Shown here in pieces: positions 1 through 13,200 of a stretch of 64,000 bases of DNA. The notes under the pieces are model-generated. The model had not been told where the DNA came from and made no database searches. It saw only the letters and a list, made by a program, of their open reading frames with translations. Each line of letters starts with the position of its first letter. Position 1 is the first letter of the stretch. A program made the translations under genes and the position numbers. The DNA is from Octopus sinensis (taxonomy: Eukaryota), in the NCBI RefSeq assembly GCF_006345805.1, contig NC_043014.1, positions 20,646,001-20,710,000 of the forward strand, read 5' to 3'.

Positions 1-920
1 AGACCGGTGTGTCATTGCCTAGGCGGATGTCTCGTAGGTGTTCCGCGAACCGGTCAGCCAAGCGGTGTCCCGTTTGTCCGATGTACAGGGAATGGCAGAA
101 AGAGCAGGAGATGCAATAGATGATATTGCTAGAGGTGCAGGTGAAGGAGTCGATGATGCGATAGGGTCGATGATGGGTGCCGGTAAAGAGGGTGGTGTTG
201 GAGAGATAAGGGCAAGTGCGGCAGCGTGGGCGGAGCAGGGGTACGAGCCAGGTTGGGAGGTAGGATTGGGGAAGAAGCTGTGGACCAAGAGGTCTCGTAG
301 GTTGTGGGCTCGTTTAAAGGAGGGGAGGCGTCAGTAAGGGAAGATGTGTGAAGTGGACGGGTCGGACTGGATGCCGGAAAGCTCGGAGAATGGTGCGCTG
401 GAGAGGTGGGGTGGTGGTGTAGTAGATGAGGGGAAAAGGGAGGCGGGAGACTGCAGGGCGGGTTCGTGGGGAGAGAGCAGATGCACGGTCCACGGAACGT
501 GCTCTGGCAAGGGCGGTGTGGATAGTGGTGAGAGGATATCCACGTAGGATGAAGTGGCGAGCCATGAGTTGAGACTGAGTCTCAAAGTCATGGTCGTCAC
601 TACAGAGCCTGCGTAGACGGAGGAATTGGGAATAGGGGATGGAAAGCTTGGTGTGTTTGGGGTGGGAGGAGGAGAAATTTTGGTATGAGTGTGAGTCTGT
701 GTGTTTGTAGTGGATGGAGGTAGTAAGAGTCGAGTGATGAATGCTGACCGAAATGTCAAGAAAGGAGACAGAGGTGTCTGAGATAGTGCAGGAGAGATGG
801 GGGGGCAGGATGGAAAGATTTGACGAAAGAGAGAAAAGAATCTAGATGTTCGCGGGAGAGTGAGGTGGCACCGATACAGTAGTCAATATAACGGCCATAT
901 AGTTCGGGAGTGGGAGCAGT
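1..920 (-). mobile_element. Penelope-like element (Penelope/Poseidon type), decayed RT C-terminal/thumb fragment
   Basis: Minus-strand frames give PELYGRYIDYCIGATSLSREHLDSFLSFVKSFHPA (YIDD-type RT motif) and RGYPLTTIHTALARA..RLPFPLIYY; closely similar to the PLE at 30075-32340; frameshifted. Confidence 0.8.
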
Positions 921-1116
921 GAATATATATATAGATTGTCCACAGATGAAATGCAGACATTTTCCGTAAAGACGACACTTAGTAGTGCTCAAAATATTCA
1001 ACTCCGATATGTTTACTGAGTATCGATTCCACAAGGTAAAGAAAGGTTATAATAGGATCAAGTTGAGCGGGTATAGAGGCAATTATACGGACAAACAAAT
1101 TAAACATACAAATATC

Positions 1117-1506
1117 TTTACTCTTTACTCTTTTACTTGTTTCAGAATGTGACTGCGGCCATGCTGGAGCACCGCCTTTAGTCGAGCAAATCGAACCCAG
1201 GACTTATTCTTTGTAAGCCTAGTACTTATTTTAGCTTTCTCTTTTACCGAACCGCTAAGTTACAGGGTCGTAAACACACCAGCACCGGTTGTCAAGCGAT
1301 GTTGGGGGGACAAACACGCATACATATATATATATACATATACGACGGGCTTTTCAGTTTCCGTCTACCAAATCCACTCACAAGGCATTGGTCGGCCGAG
1401 GCTACAGTTGAAGACACTTGCCCAAGGTGCCACGCAGTAGGACTGAACCCGGAACCACGTGGTTGGTAAGTGGCTGTGTGGCTACCACACAGCCACTCCT
1501 ACGCCT
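1117..1506 (-). mobile_element. tRNA-derived SINE family 1 (internal microsatellite, (AAAGAGT)n tail)
   Basis: Reverse complement of head AGGCGTAGGAGTGGCTGTGTGG..GGTTCCGGGTTCAGTCC..CCTTGGGCAAGTG and tail GGTGCTCCAGCATGGCCGCAGTC..AAACAAGTAAAAGAGTAAAGAGT; more than 10 copies in the window. Confidence 0.85.
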
Positions 1507-1679
1507 GAAATATATTAAATATATTAAAGGGGTGGAAGAAAGGGGTTGCCTATCTTCTCTGTCGTTTGTACTCTTTGTAAGTTGCAAACAAGTGGTTACT
1601 GAGTCGCGTGAGAGCCGTACCACCTCTTCATCCGACTTGACCCATGAATACAGATCTGATACATTTGAATAGAAGCGAG

Positions 1680-2641
1680 CAGAAACATTACACTCTAAGA
1701 TGAATCATATAGGAAAGTCAATGAGATTGGTGTCTGGACTTGGAGGAGGCCATATCGTCTTGTCCCAAAAACCGCTGAAATGCTCTTTACACCTTCTCTG
1801 TCAAATTGGATATGTGGGTCGGAGCCCCGTCTTGAGTGAAGATGTAACGGTCACCAAAAGTTTCTGTGTCTCAGGGTAACACTTTGTCATCCAACATTTC
1901 CACATAAACTTCACTGTTGACCTTTAAGATCAAGGGAGATTTAAATTCCTCAGATGCAACTACGGCCCACATCATGAGGGAAGTTGGCTTCTGACGGAGT
2001 AAATGACTCCTGCTACCTGCGGGCAAGTCACCTGTATTATGTGGCATAAAGCGTGTCATTTTTTGCTTCTTGGTAACTGCCTCCACGGTGAAGATTTTCT
2101 CGTCGGACCAGATCAACTAACATCTCAGCTAACATGGTTCCACCCCTGTCGAACCGTTTCTTCTTGGAAGCTGCTGAAATTAACTACTGCAATTGTTTCT
2201 TGTATGCAATTAACATTAAAACCGTTTTAAAAAATTTGTGCATTAATGATTTCGAATTATAAAGAGCTTTTGCGGTCTTTCTTGCACTCCAGCGGGTATT
2301 TCGGCTCACTCACTTTTTCACAGCTTCAACAGTTTGTTTGGTACAAATTGATTTTTTCCTACCAGACATTGGCTTGCTAGTGGCAGTAGTGGACTCCATA
2401 TATCGCTTCCAGTTATTGAACACTGTTTTACAGCACATATTCAACTGTTTTTTTTGTTTTGTTTTTTGTCCTTGTTGCTCACAATCTGGTCACGCTTTGC
2501 TTTCGACACCATGTTTATTTACAAACCTGTTGTAGACGAACAAACAATAAACACATGTACAAAAGGCAGATAATATTACCTGAACTGATATTCTTTAGGA
2601 AGAGTTTTAAACATGGATAAATCTTTCTAGGACACTTTGTA
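1680..2641 (-). mobile_element. maT-type (DD37D) Tc1/mariner transposon remnant
   Basis: IWSDEKIFTVE, FTQDGAPTH and WPPPSPDTNLIDF with 37 residues between the 2nd and 3rd Asp (one frameshift); decayed TACAGGGTGTC-like terminus at ~2630-2641. Confidence 0.8.
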
Positions 2642-2664
2642 TATATTTCAGTTTTCCTTTTCTA

Positions 2665-2910
2665 GTTACAGCTCGAGATCTTCGGACATGCTTGGACATC
2701 GCCGTTTGATTTCCTACACCTTCATTAAACCTCCTCTGATGTGCGGAATTTGTTGAGTGAGGGAGTTTCATGTTGCTACCCTTATCTGCGTTTCTTGTTG
2801 CGAGGTAGGTTCAGCTAGAACTTGACAGGAGGAGATCCTTTTTTTTTTAGAAGATGCCTACACCCACATGTAGGTCTCTCAAACTTTGTCGGAAGATATT
2901 GAAGAGCCGT
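2665..2910 (-). repeat. Probable RTE-type LINE 5' UTR fragment
   Basis: Minus strand TAGGCATCTTCTAAAA..GGA resembles the TAGGGCATCCTTCTAGGAGAAGG motif of the element at 28345; abuts (TACA)n. Confidence 0.35.
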
Positions 2911-2943
2911 ATATATGTTTATATATGTATGTATGTATGTAAG

Positions 2944-2977
<34 letters not shown>

Positions 2978-3162
2978 TGTATGTATGTATGTATGTATGT
3001 ATGTATGTATGTATGTATGTATGTATGTATTAAGGATAATCTGGAAACTTGACTGATGAGAGGCCACGAACGACCCGTCGTTGTTTTTTCCTATCCGCCT
3101 TTGTATCGTCTAACTGTCCGGATGTTTTATTGTCCTCTATTGCGTTTTTGTTCCATTGTCCC

Positions 3163-3211
<49 letters not shown>

Positions 3212-3347
3212 CATACATACATACATACATACATACATACATACAAAACATTCTCAGTAGTTCTTATATATGGCTGTTTCCAAGGCTTTTATGTATTTAT
3301 GCCATAAAAACATCAACAACTACGCTCACAACACACACACACACATA

Positions 3348-3393
<46 letters not shown>

Positions 3394-3967
3394 CACACAC
3401 ACACTCTACACACACATACACAAACAAACACGTACTTGTATACTGGCATTCTCTAATCCTTTTAGTAGTGTCAACTTGGAGATTAACGCTTAATTCACTT
3501 TAAATCTGTGTCTATTATATTAAGCGAAAGCACATATTACTTTATTTCCACACATTTCTATCTTATCAGTGACATTTTATGTGTAGGGAAAAAAATGAAA
3601 GTTCAACCGAGAGAAAAGAGACGTCGAGGGTGCTTCGGTGTGTGTGTGTGCGCGTATTTGTGTCTTTAGGAGTTGCTACGCAATCAATGTAAAGTGTGTG
3701 GTATTAGTTTACCATAAAAACATTCAACTGTTAAAATACTATTCTTGGAGATTTACAATTAGATTGAATATGTCAACAACGTAGAATACCATTGTAAAAG
3801 CGCATATCTTCGCATGTAAACTGTATTCTAAGTTCATCGTGGGAGAGACAGTCACGAATATCTCTATCTCTTTATGTATATTTGTTTATTTATATATATG
3901 ATTATATATATATATACATACATACAAAGACACATGCAAACATATATATATATATATATATATATGT

Positions 3968-4600
3968 TAATAAAATAGAACATATGCATATATATAAACA
4001 TATATGTACGTACCTACCTCTACATGTACATATACACGCATATATGTGTACAGGACACCAAAAAGACGTCGAACACATAGAGAGACGAAAAACATAGACA
4101 CAAACCAAGGAACAAGACAAGCAAAAAAAAGAGAGATACAGGACAATAAGCACAACGAAAAATCCCCTTCTTCAGTCGCTAAGGTTTCATCTACTAAACG
4201 TTTCGAAGATAAAAGCGAGACGTATACTTCGAAGAAATTCCTTCCTGCGAAAAGCAAATCAATTAAAATTCTGAGATCTTTTCGCAGAGGGGTAAAAAAA
4301 GCAAGACGGTAACGACGTACAACATATAAACAGTAAAAAATATATATAAACAGTGGAAAAATAAATATATAACAGTGAGAGACAGGACAAGGAGAACAAG
4401 ATAAGAAGGGCTGTTAACGCCAGACGAAAAAATATTGCAAACGCTGGATTAAAGTGGACGACGAGAGAGAAAAAATGTCGACCAGTAGCCTTAGAAGGCG
4501 GGCGAGAAAAGACAGGATAGCAGTTACGACGGAAGTATCGTCGCAGATGGACGACGGGAATGGGGGAGGAGGAGCAAATACGTATCCCCATATATATGTA
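3968..4600. repeat. Unclassified dispersed repeat embedded in (TA)n
   Basis: 3968-4160 is repeated almost identically at 7633-7823; a diverged homolog lies at 16320-16665 (shared AAAGCAAAT.AA.TAAAATT..G.GAT.TTT.GC.GAGGG block). Confidence 0.6.
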
Positions 4601-4714
4601 TGTATATTTATATACATATATAAATATAAACATAAATGTGCGTACTTAAATACGGGTGACGGGATATGTATGTGTGTGTATGTATGTGTATGTAGGTATA
4701 TATATATAAGTTTA

Positions 4715-5261
<547 letters not shown>

Positions 5262-5262
5262 G

Positions 5263-5306
<44 letters not shown>

Positions 5307-5439
5307 ATACATGCGTGAGGGGGTGAGGGGTGCGTGCGCGCGTCTGCATGTGTGTACGTACGTGGTGTGTGTGTGTGTGTGTGTGTGTGTTTTCGTAGGA
5401 ATATTTGAGGTGGATTGAAAATCCTGTCACTGCTCAAGA

Positions 5440-6675
5440 TGAGAAATAAATAAATGCTTGTTTTGTTCTTAATCGATTTATTTAATGAAGTTAATATTTT
5501 CCTTCATTATTGATAACCTAATCCTATCTATCTGGCACACAGTGTTCAGCCCTCGGACGTAAAATTTCTCAGGTTTCGAAGCAAAGAAATACTCAGCATT
5601 ATTTTTAACCTCTTAATAATTAATAAACTGTGTCCTCCTGTAAATGAGGTTGCAATGATCTTCAAAGGTGATAGATCGAGCAAGATAAAGAGACCAATAG
5701 AATGGAGGAAAATTTTCCATATTCAGTGCCATAATCTTTTTCTGAGTGACTTGGGCACTATGTGGTCTCGCATTATCGTTTAAGAGCAATACCCTTTAAC
5801 ATTGACCAATGATAGACGCCTTTTCTGCAAACTTTTGTTCAATGTTTCAAATAAACAACAATACTTCGCATTAAGTGTTTCATTTTGGTTTAAATAATTC
5901 GTGACAGAGGACACACTTCGTATCGTACTAGACATAATCATAGGGTATAATATTATTTTGGTGTACAGTCCTGTTTTGGGGATGGTTTCCCCTTTTTCAT
6001 TGGACGCGAACTATCGTCCTCTTTCTTGGATATGATTATAGAGAACTTCTTTCTCATCGCTTGCAATGATTCTATCTTGGAATAGTTCGTTAACACGTCT
6101 AATCTCCAGTGACAAGCAGAAGGTAACTCTTTGTCAAGCTGAGAAGCAGCTAGATAATGATGGACCTACTGTCCAAGTTCAGACACTTTCCTAGTTCGTG
6201 AAGATGTTTTGTGATCGAAGTGTGACTTGAATTGAGCCGTTGCGTTAATTGATGTGCAGTTTGCTTTGAATTTTAGATTATTCAACGGTTTCACAGGCTC
6301 AACATAGACAAAACTTTATCATCCAGATCGAAGAAAATCTGCGAGAAGAAAGTTTCCTGATAGAAACCAGTGAAGCCATTATTGACATGTCTAGGCACTA
6401 AAAGCATCGTTTCCGTAGACAGAACGAATATTTCTTGTCACTTCAATTGCTGAACCATCCCCCTTGAATTCATATAACATGCAGCGTCCGATCATGCTGT
6501 GATCTCAACTCATTTTAAAAGGGTAAAATCGAATTGAAATAAAACCCCTGTGCAAAGTAATCTGCAAAGAAGGTATTTGAAGGTAAAAATTAATGCTTAT
6601 TTACCGTAATTTTTGAAAACGTACCTTCAACGTGATCACGTCACAAACGAGACAGACATTTTCCCATTCCTACAT
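5440..6675 (-). mobile_element. Highly decayed mariner (DD34D-type) element
   Basis: Remnants of the HPPYSPDLAPSDYHLF and FFASKP..FY regions on the minus strand; 5' end shared with the copy at 38330-39515 (TTACCGTAA..TTGAAA..GTACC.TCAA..GAGACAG). Confidence 0.7.
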
Positions 6676-6785
6676 CTATTTGTTTATCTATTATCTCTGT
6701 CTGTTTGTCTGTTTGACTTCTGTCTCTCTCTCACTGTTTCCATCTCTCTCTCCTCTCTCTCTATATATAATATATATATATATAT

Positions 6786-6820
<35 letters not shown>

Positions 6821-6826
6821 GGGCAA

Positions 6827-6931
6827 TTATACAGATGCACATATTAGACAATTAGATGCATTAGATATATTAAATATGTTAATATAATATTTGGGGGATG
6901 AAATACAAATATGTATGTATATATGTATATA

Positions 6932-6999
<68 letters not shown>

Positions 7000-7093
7000 T
7001 ACATACATATTTTGTATTTCATCCCCCAAATATTATATTAACATATTTAATATATCTAATGCATCTAATTGTCTAATATGTGCATCTGTATAA
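6827..7093. repeat. Near-perfect foldback (~95 bp arms, (TA)n spacer)
   Basis: ATTATACAGATGCAC..GGGGGATGAAATACAAAT vs its reverse complement at ~7000-7093; differs by one homopolymer base. Confidence 0.9.
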
Positions 7094-7374
7094 TATATAT
7101 GTATATATATATATGTATATATATATGTATATATATATGTATATATATATGTATATAAATATGTATATATATATATGTATGTATATATATATATGTATAT
7201 ATATATTATATATTATATATATATATTATATATATATAATATATATTATACATATATATATATACATACATATATATATACATATTTATATACATATATA
7301 TATACATATATATACCATATATATATACATATATATATATATACATATATATACATATATATATACATATATAT

Positions 7375-7418
<44 letters not shown>

Positions 7419-7445
7419 TTCCCTTCTCGGGATCTTTCCTTCTCC

Positions 7446-7484
7446 TTTGTTTCCGACGAAGAGCTCCGCTCGAAACGTTAACCC
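7446..7484 (+). ncRNA. Minimal type I hammerhead ribozyme-like motif
   Basis: GUUU-CCGACGA-A-GAGC(UCC)GCUC-GAAACGUU-AAC: core, stem II and palindromic stem III present; stem I very short. Confidence 0.5.
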
Positions 7485-7589
7485 TCCCTCTTCCCTTCTT
7501 CCTGAGCGTCCAATAATACTATATTTGTTCCACGTCCTCGCGTTGCTGTGTTTTTTTTGTGTTTTCTTTATATACATACATATATATAT

Positions 7590-7633
<44 letters not shown>

Positions 7634-7943
7634 AATAAAATAGAACATATGCATATATATAAACATATATGTACGTACCTACCTCTACATGTACATATAC
7701 ACGCATATATGTGTACAGGACACCAAAAAGACGTCGAACACATAGAGAGACGAAACACATAGACACAACCAAGGAACAAGACAAGCAAAAAGAGAGATAC
7801 AGGACAATAAGCACAACGAAAATTATATATATATATATATATATATTATATATTATATATATATATAATATATATATATATAATATATATATTATATGTA
7901 TATATATATGTATATATGTATATATAATATATATATATATAGA

Positions 7944-7979
<36 letters not shown>

Positions 7980-7996
7980 TATATACATATATATAC

Positions 7997-8043
<47 letters not shown>

Positions 8044-8057
8044 TATACATATACATA

Positions 8058-8107
<50 letters not shown>

Positions 8108-8639
8108 ATAAAAATCACGTCAATGATTATTATCAGGTAGTCAGCATGGAAATAAGCAATCTATCTCTATGTCTGTGTGTCTGTGTACGTATGTGTGTAT
8201 GTGTGTGTGTGTACATGTGTGTGCGCGCGCACATGCGTGTACATGTCTTTTGTTTGTCCTCCATTACTTAACAACCGTTGTTGATTTGTTTATATCTCCG
8301 TGACATGGCAGTTGGTCAAAATCAACCGATGAATAAGTAATTACATCGGAACCATTTATAGTACTAATATACTCAAAAATAGTAATCTATAAATTAAGAC
8401 TTTCAAAACATAATTACTGGATACGTTTTTATCTACTAAGTTCTTCAAAGCTCCAGCATGGCCACAACCCAATGACTGAAACAAGTGAAAGAATATAATC
8501 GAACAAATTTAAACGTAAAATGAGATCCACAGAATATTATAATCCAAAGGGTAGCATATCGTATATTATAATCCACAGTATAGCTTATCATATCAACACC
8601 TACAGTTAAACTTTTAACATTTTTTGATGCAGGCAAAGC

Positions 8640-9000
8640 TGTCTTGTAGTTCCGGTTTCGGTCCCACTTTTACTATATCCTCGGTCCAATTAAATGTTTG
8701 TGAGTGGATTTGGTGAACGAAAACTGAAAGAACCTCGTCGTATTTATACGTGTGTGTGTGTGTATGTGTGCGTATGTATGTGTGCGCGACTTTGTGTCTG
8801 TTTGTTCACCCACACCCAACCACTTTTTGAGAACCAGTATTGATGTATTTACGTCCCAGTAACTTAGCGGTTCGGCAAAACAGACTGATATAATAAGGCT
8901 TACATCAACTAAGGTTGATTCATTCAACTAAAAATTCTTCAAGGCGGTGCCCCAGAATGGCCGCAGTCTAATGACTGAAACAAGTAAAAGATAAAAGATT
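8640..9000 (+). mobile_element. SINE family 1, diverged copy
   Basis: TGTGAGTGGATTTGG..AAACTGAAAGAA..AACTTAGCGGTTCGGCAAAA..ATGGCCGCAGTC..AAACAAGTAAAAGA. Confidence 0.75.
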
Positions 9001-9039
9001 TCCTGGAGCCACAAATACTACCAGCCTCTCAATCAAAAT

Positions 9040-9450
9040 AATATTGGTTTCAAATTTTGACACAAGGCCAGCAATTTCGGAGAGCGGTAAGTTGATTACA
9101 TCGACTCCTCTACTCAACCGGTACTTACGAGGGTGTTGAAAAGATCCTGGCTTTAGGTAAAAGAAAATACAGTAAGATCAGTCAATTGGGATTTTATTCA
9201 ACATATTCTCCTCTCAGATTCACACACTTATTGCAGCAGTCCTTCACTTTTTCTGAGCCCTGTAAAAGAGCTCGGAAAGTTTGGCCCCAAGCCAGGCCTT
9301 TCGCGAGACGCTTAAGGCCAGGACCTTTCCAGCACTCACTGCTCGTATCTTATAAACATCGAAAGGGTGAAAGGCAAAGTTGACCTGGGTGGAATCTGAA
9401 CTCAGAACGTGAAGCCGGGCGAAATGCCGCTAAGCATTACGGCTGGCATC
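9040..9450 (-). mobile_element. SINE family 2 (Nin-like central domain), interrupted by a mariner MITE
   Basis: GAAAGGCAAAGTTGACC..AACTCAGAACGT..AAATGCCGCTAAGCATT; the family consensus is split at GGTACT/TA. Confidence 0.75.
9128..9345. mobile_element. Non-autonomous mariner (MITE-like)
   Basis: TA|CGAGGGTGTTGAAAAGATCCTGGC ... GCCAGGACCTTTCCAGCAC..CTCG|TA; carries the transposase C-terminal end (RGEYVE) on the minus strand. Confidence 0.75.
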
Positions 9451-9922
9451 TTTTCGACCAAAATAATATTAAACTTTTGTACTGCCTTACATCTAATTTT
9501 GCACAAATATTGACTAATCTAAATTATTAACATAATCTTGCAACCTAAATACACAACTTTAGTTTCATAGACAATGATTGTCCCAAGAATTGCTCTACTG
9601 AGCCATTGTCAGCATTAATTCTTCAACACCTATATAGGTTAACGTCAATTCATTTAAAACTGTGCGTATTATTAACATACTTTCACTTTCAGGTTTAATG
9701 CCATTTTTTGTCACCTCTTTAACCTATTTTTTTGAATTGTCTCATATTCTGGTTGTCCTTAATAATGTATGATTTACTTTTCTGCAGTGACACTTACATT
9801 CCACACATAACTATTTCATATGATATAAGCTACTTTTAAGATACACATTTTTTTTTTAAATTTCTCTGTTTCATATTCATCTCATATGTGTATATTAACA
9901 TTCATGTCATTCATATAGATAC

Positions 9923-10048
<126 letters not shown>

Positions 10049-10109
10049 TCAGCTTTGAATCTTCTTTGAAATACTTAAAGAATTAATTATATTATACAGT
10101 GGTAATTTC

Positions 10110-10475
10110 TTATCTTAACTCTTTCTTCCCAATGACATGGTTCCGATTTCAGTCCCGCTGAGTAGCACCTTGGACAAATGTCTCCTATTACCGAGCCGAT
10201 TGATGCGTTGTGAATGAATTTGGTAGACGGAAATTGAAAGAACTCCGTTGTACGTCTGTGTGTGTGTGTGTGTGTGTGTGTGAGTGTGTTTGTGTGTGTG
10301 TGTGTGTTTGTGTGTATGTGTGTGTGTGTTTGTGTATATCAACCGGTATTGGTTTATTTATGCCTCCGTAACGTAATGGTTTGGAAAAGAAACCTATAGA
10401 ATAGGTACCAGACTATCATAATAAGTACTGGTGCCGACGTCTTCGATTAAAACCCTTCAAGGACGAGCCCCTGTA
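10110..10475 (+). mobile_element. SINE family 1, diverged copy
   Basis: CATGGTTCC..TTCAGTCCC..CACCTTGGACAAATG..TTGGTAGACGGAAA, (TG)n, GATAGAATA-like 3' half. Confidence 0.7.
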
Positions 10476-10683
10476 TGTGATTGCTAATATTGTAATATAG
10501 TTGTCACAATAAACGGTAAACCATACAGTTCGCTAAGCACCAAAAACTAAATTTCTTTTTAACAAAATCAGTTTATACATCATTGATTTATTGTTTACTT
10601 ACCTTGAGGCCATTTCCAGTCTTTTATACACCCAATCAAGAGTAATCTTACTCTTTTAATTCTAAAATATTTTAGTTATTTTA

Positions 10684-11207
10684 CTAGCACTATGATCCGG
10701 CGTTGCCGGGTCTAGTGCTAGTGCTAGTGCTTTTTGTTCGTTGCCGGGTCGCAGTCAAATTTTCTCACTAAATCAAGAGCTAAGTTTCTTATCACATTTC
10801 AGCCCGGGCCAGTTTTGTTGTTTATGAGCTAGTTGAAGCTTTTTATGAGAGTAATTAATATTCATTGGACTTCGGCTTTCACACCTGGAACGGCATAATC
10901 ATGGAAAATTAGCGGGACTGTGCACATGCCATTAGTCGGACAAAAAAGGAGGCAGAATAAAAGCGAAAAACTCGAATTTGGCCGCAAAATAACTTATGGG
11001 CATAAGGGGTCGGTTTATCGATTTTTTTTAATGGCTTTCTGGGGTGACTGGGGAAATGAAAAGATCTTCACGACCACCCTCATACAGTTTTGAAAGCCCA
11101 TAGAAAATGCAAGCCTTTTACGTGAAAAACTGTGGATTTGTATAAAGAACACACAGACACACAGGCACACAGATACACAGACATTTTGCCGTTTATAGAT
11201 ATAGAGA
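10684..11207 (-). mobile_element. Non-autonomous Helitron
   Basis: Minus strand starts A|TCTCTATATCTATAAA and ends CCCGGCAACGCCGG hairpin + CTAG|T; no TSD at the ends. Confidence 0.7.
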
Positions 11208-11454
11208 TATACTGCTATATATTTTTTAAAATACCAAAGTCAGTTATGTCATCGCAAATTTTGTAATATAGTTGTCACAATTTAATGTATTTTTCAATAT
11301 CATTTAATCGTTGTTTATATGAAATGCAATAAGAATTTATGTGGAGTTAATGTTTTATTTGAATCAAAGCGCAACGTTAATGCTACGTATATTGTTATAG
11401 AGAATATGCCAGAATAAAATAGATAATTTTACTTTCCGTTATTAGGTCGTCCTA

Positions 11455-11870
11455 AGGCGTCGAGCTGGCGGGAGGGGTGTAAATCGATTATATCGATCCT
11501 AGTGCTCAAATGGTACTTATTTTATCGATCCCGATAGGATGAATGGAAAATGAGCCTCGGTGAAATTTGTACCCAGATCGTAAAGCCAGAAGCAATACCG
11601 CTAAATATTTTGCCTGGCCGCTAACGATTCAACAAGCTCACCGCCTTTATGAATGAATTAACAGTGGTTTCAGAATTTTGGCTCAAGCCAGCAATTTTGG
11701 GGAGTGGGAAGTCGATTACATTGATCCCAATGCTCAACTAGTATTTATTTTATCGACCTCGAAAGGATGAAGGCAAAGTAGGCCCCGGCGACATGTGAAC
11801 GCAGAATGTATAGTCAGAAGAAATGGTGTCAAGCAAATGTGCCAGGCAGAGGACTGAACTCGGAAACATG
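11455..11870 (-). mobile_element. Two tandem diverged SINE family 2 copies
   Basis: Repeated TCGATTA.AT.GATCC..TGCTCAA.T.GTA.TTATTTTATCGA..GGATGAA block. Confidence 0.7.
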
Positions 11871-12461
11871 TCGTCAGTGATATCTGATTTGTAGTATTAC
11901 GGTGTTACGTGTTTTTTGTAAAACGAAAAGGCAACGGAGTGTGCGCACCAATTTGTATGTGTGTGTCTGTGTGTGTGTAATGTCTGAGTGTGTGTGTGCG
12001 TAAGTGTCTGTATGTATGCAGCAATTCTAAGACTACCTCCACTACCAACGTGAGCATTAACGAGTCCATGTGAGATCCCTTATATGGTTGCTTTACTTGC
12101 TGGAAATAGAAACTAAATCTTTCATAATGTCTTACTAAGAGGAGAATATACATTAAAAGGGCGAGTTGGTCAGAACTGGAAAAGATTTTCAACATAGGTC
12201 TGCTCCAAAATAACCTGTCAGGGGCAAAATTACAACAAAAATAATTCCAAACATCAAAGCTGTTACTATCACTACCACAAACTGCAGCAAGACTATATAT
12301 GACAAATACCACACCCACGTTTTTGAATGCTGTTTTATGTGTTTGACAAAAGACACTCGGTGCTCATAAAGAGGTGTCCGGTTCGTCCTATTATTAAACT
12401 ACGTAAAAGAACGCACCTACTTTATAACTAACAAAGTGACGGCCTTAGCAGAAACGAAAAG

Positions 12462-12740
12462 TGGTGGTGGTGGTGGCGGCAGCGGTGGTGGTGGCGGCAG
12501 CGGCGGCAGCGGCGGCAGCGGCGGCAGCGGCGGCAGCGGCGGCAGCGGCGGCAGCGGCGGCAGCGGCGGTGATGGTGGTGGTTGTGGTCGTGGTGGTCGT
12601 GGTCGTGGTGGTTGTTTTGTTGTTGGCGGTGGTGGTTTTGGTGGTGATGGTGTTATTGTTGTTGATGGTGGTGGAGGTACTGGTGGCGGCGGCGTGGTAT
12701 GGTGGTGGTGGTAGTAGTTGGGGCGGCGGGTGTGGTGGTA
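12462..12740. repeat. GC-rich (GGCGGCAGC)n / (GGT)n low-complexity repeat
   Basis: Direct reading; gives spurious Gly/Ser, Ala or Thr ORFs. Confidence 0.9.
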
Positions 12741-13047
12741 ACATTAGATTTGCTATTGTCAACGATCAGCCCCAGGACAGTTGCATTCGAGTACATCATT
12801 ATAATGAGTTTATAATATAGTAAATTCAATACATGTGCATCTGTGTGTGTATGTGTAGTGTGGTGTGGTGTGTATGTGTGTGTGTGTGTGTGATTGTATA
12901 GGTGCATATGCGTAAATGTAAATGTATGCAGAAAATACAAGTACGTGTACCGAACACATATATATAATAGTATTTATATTCTATTACATAAGTTTGTTAA
13001 TTAATATTTAGTACACACTCAATACTTTGCATACTCCAGATGTGTGT

Positions 13048-13110
<63 letters not shown>

Positions 13111-13200
13111 CGCATGCATGTATGTGTGTTTGTGTGTGTGTCTGTATACATGTATACAAGTGAGGTATTTGTGGCGTGTGCATATGTAAGACATTACGCA

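Larger units (their letters stand above)
6770..8105. repeat. Long compound (TA)n/(TACA)n microsatellite field with embedded insertions
   Basis: Direct reading. Confidence 0.95.

Noticed and set aside
3045-3090. CTGATGAG..CGAAC hammerhead-like motif
   Set aside because: GAAA is incomplete and neither stem I nor stem II pairs convincingly.
7080-8271. Long YI/IY-rich ORFs (up to 260 aa), and similar HT, CV, SIYL and MYVC ORFs throughout
   Set aside because: They are translations of (TA)n, (CA)n, (GATA)n and (TACA)n microsatellites.
12436-12820. Gly/Ser-rich or poly-Ala ORFs resembling structural proteins
   Set aside because: The sequence is pure trinucleotide or 9-mer repeat, open in several frames, with no exon evidence.
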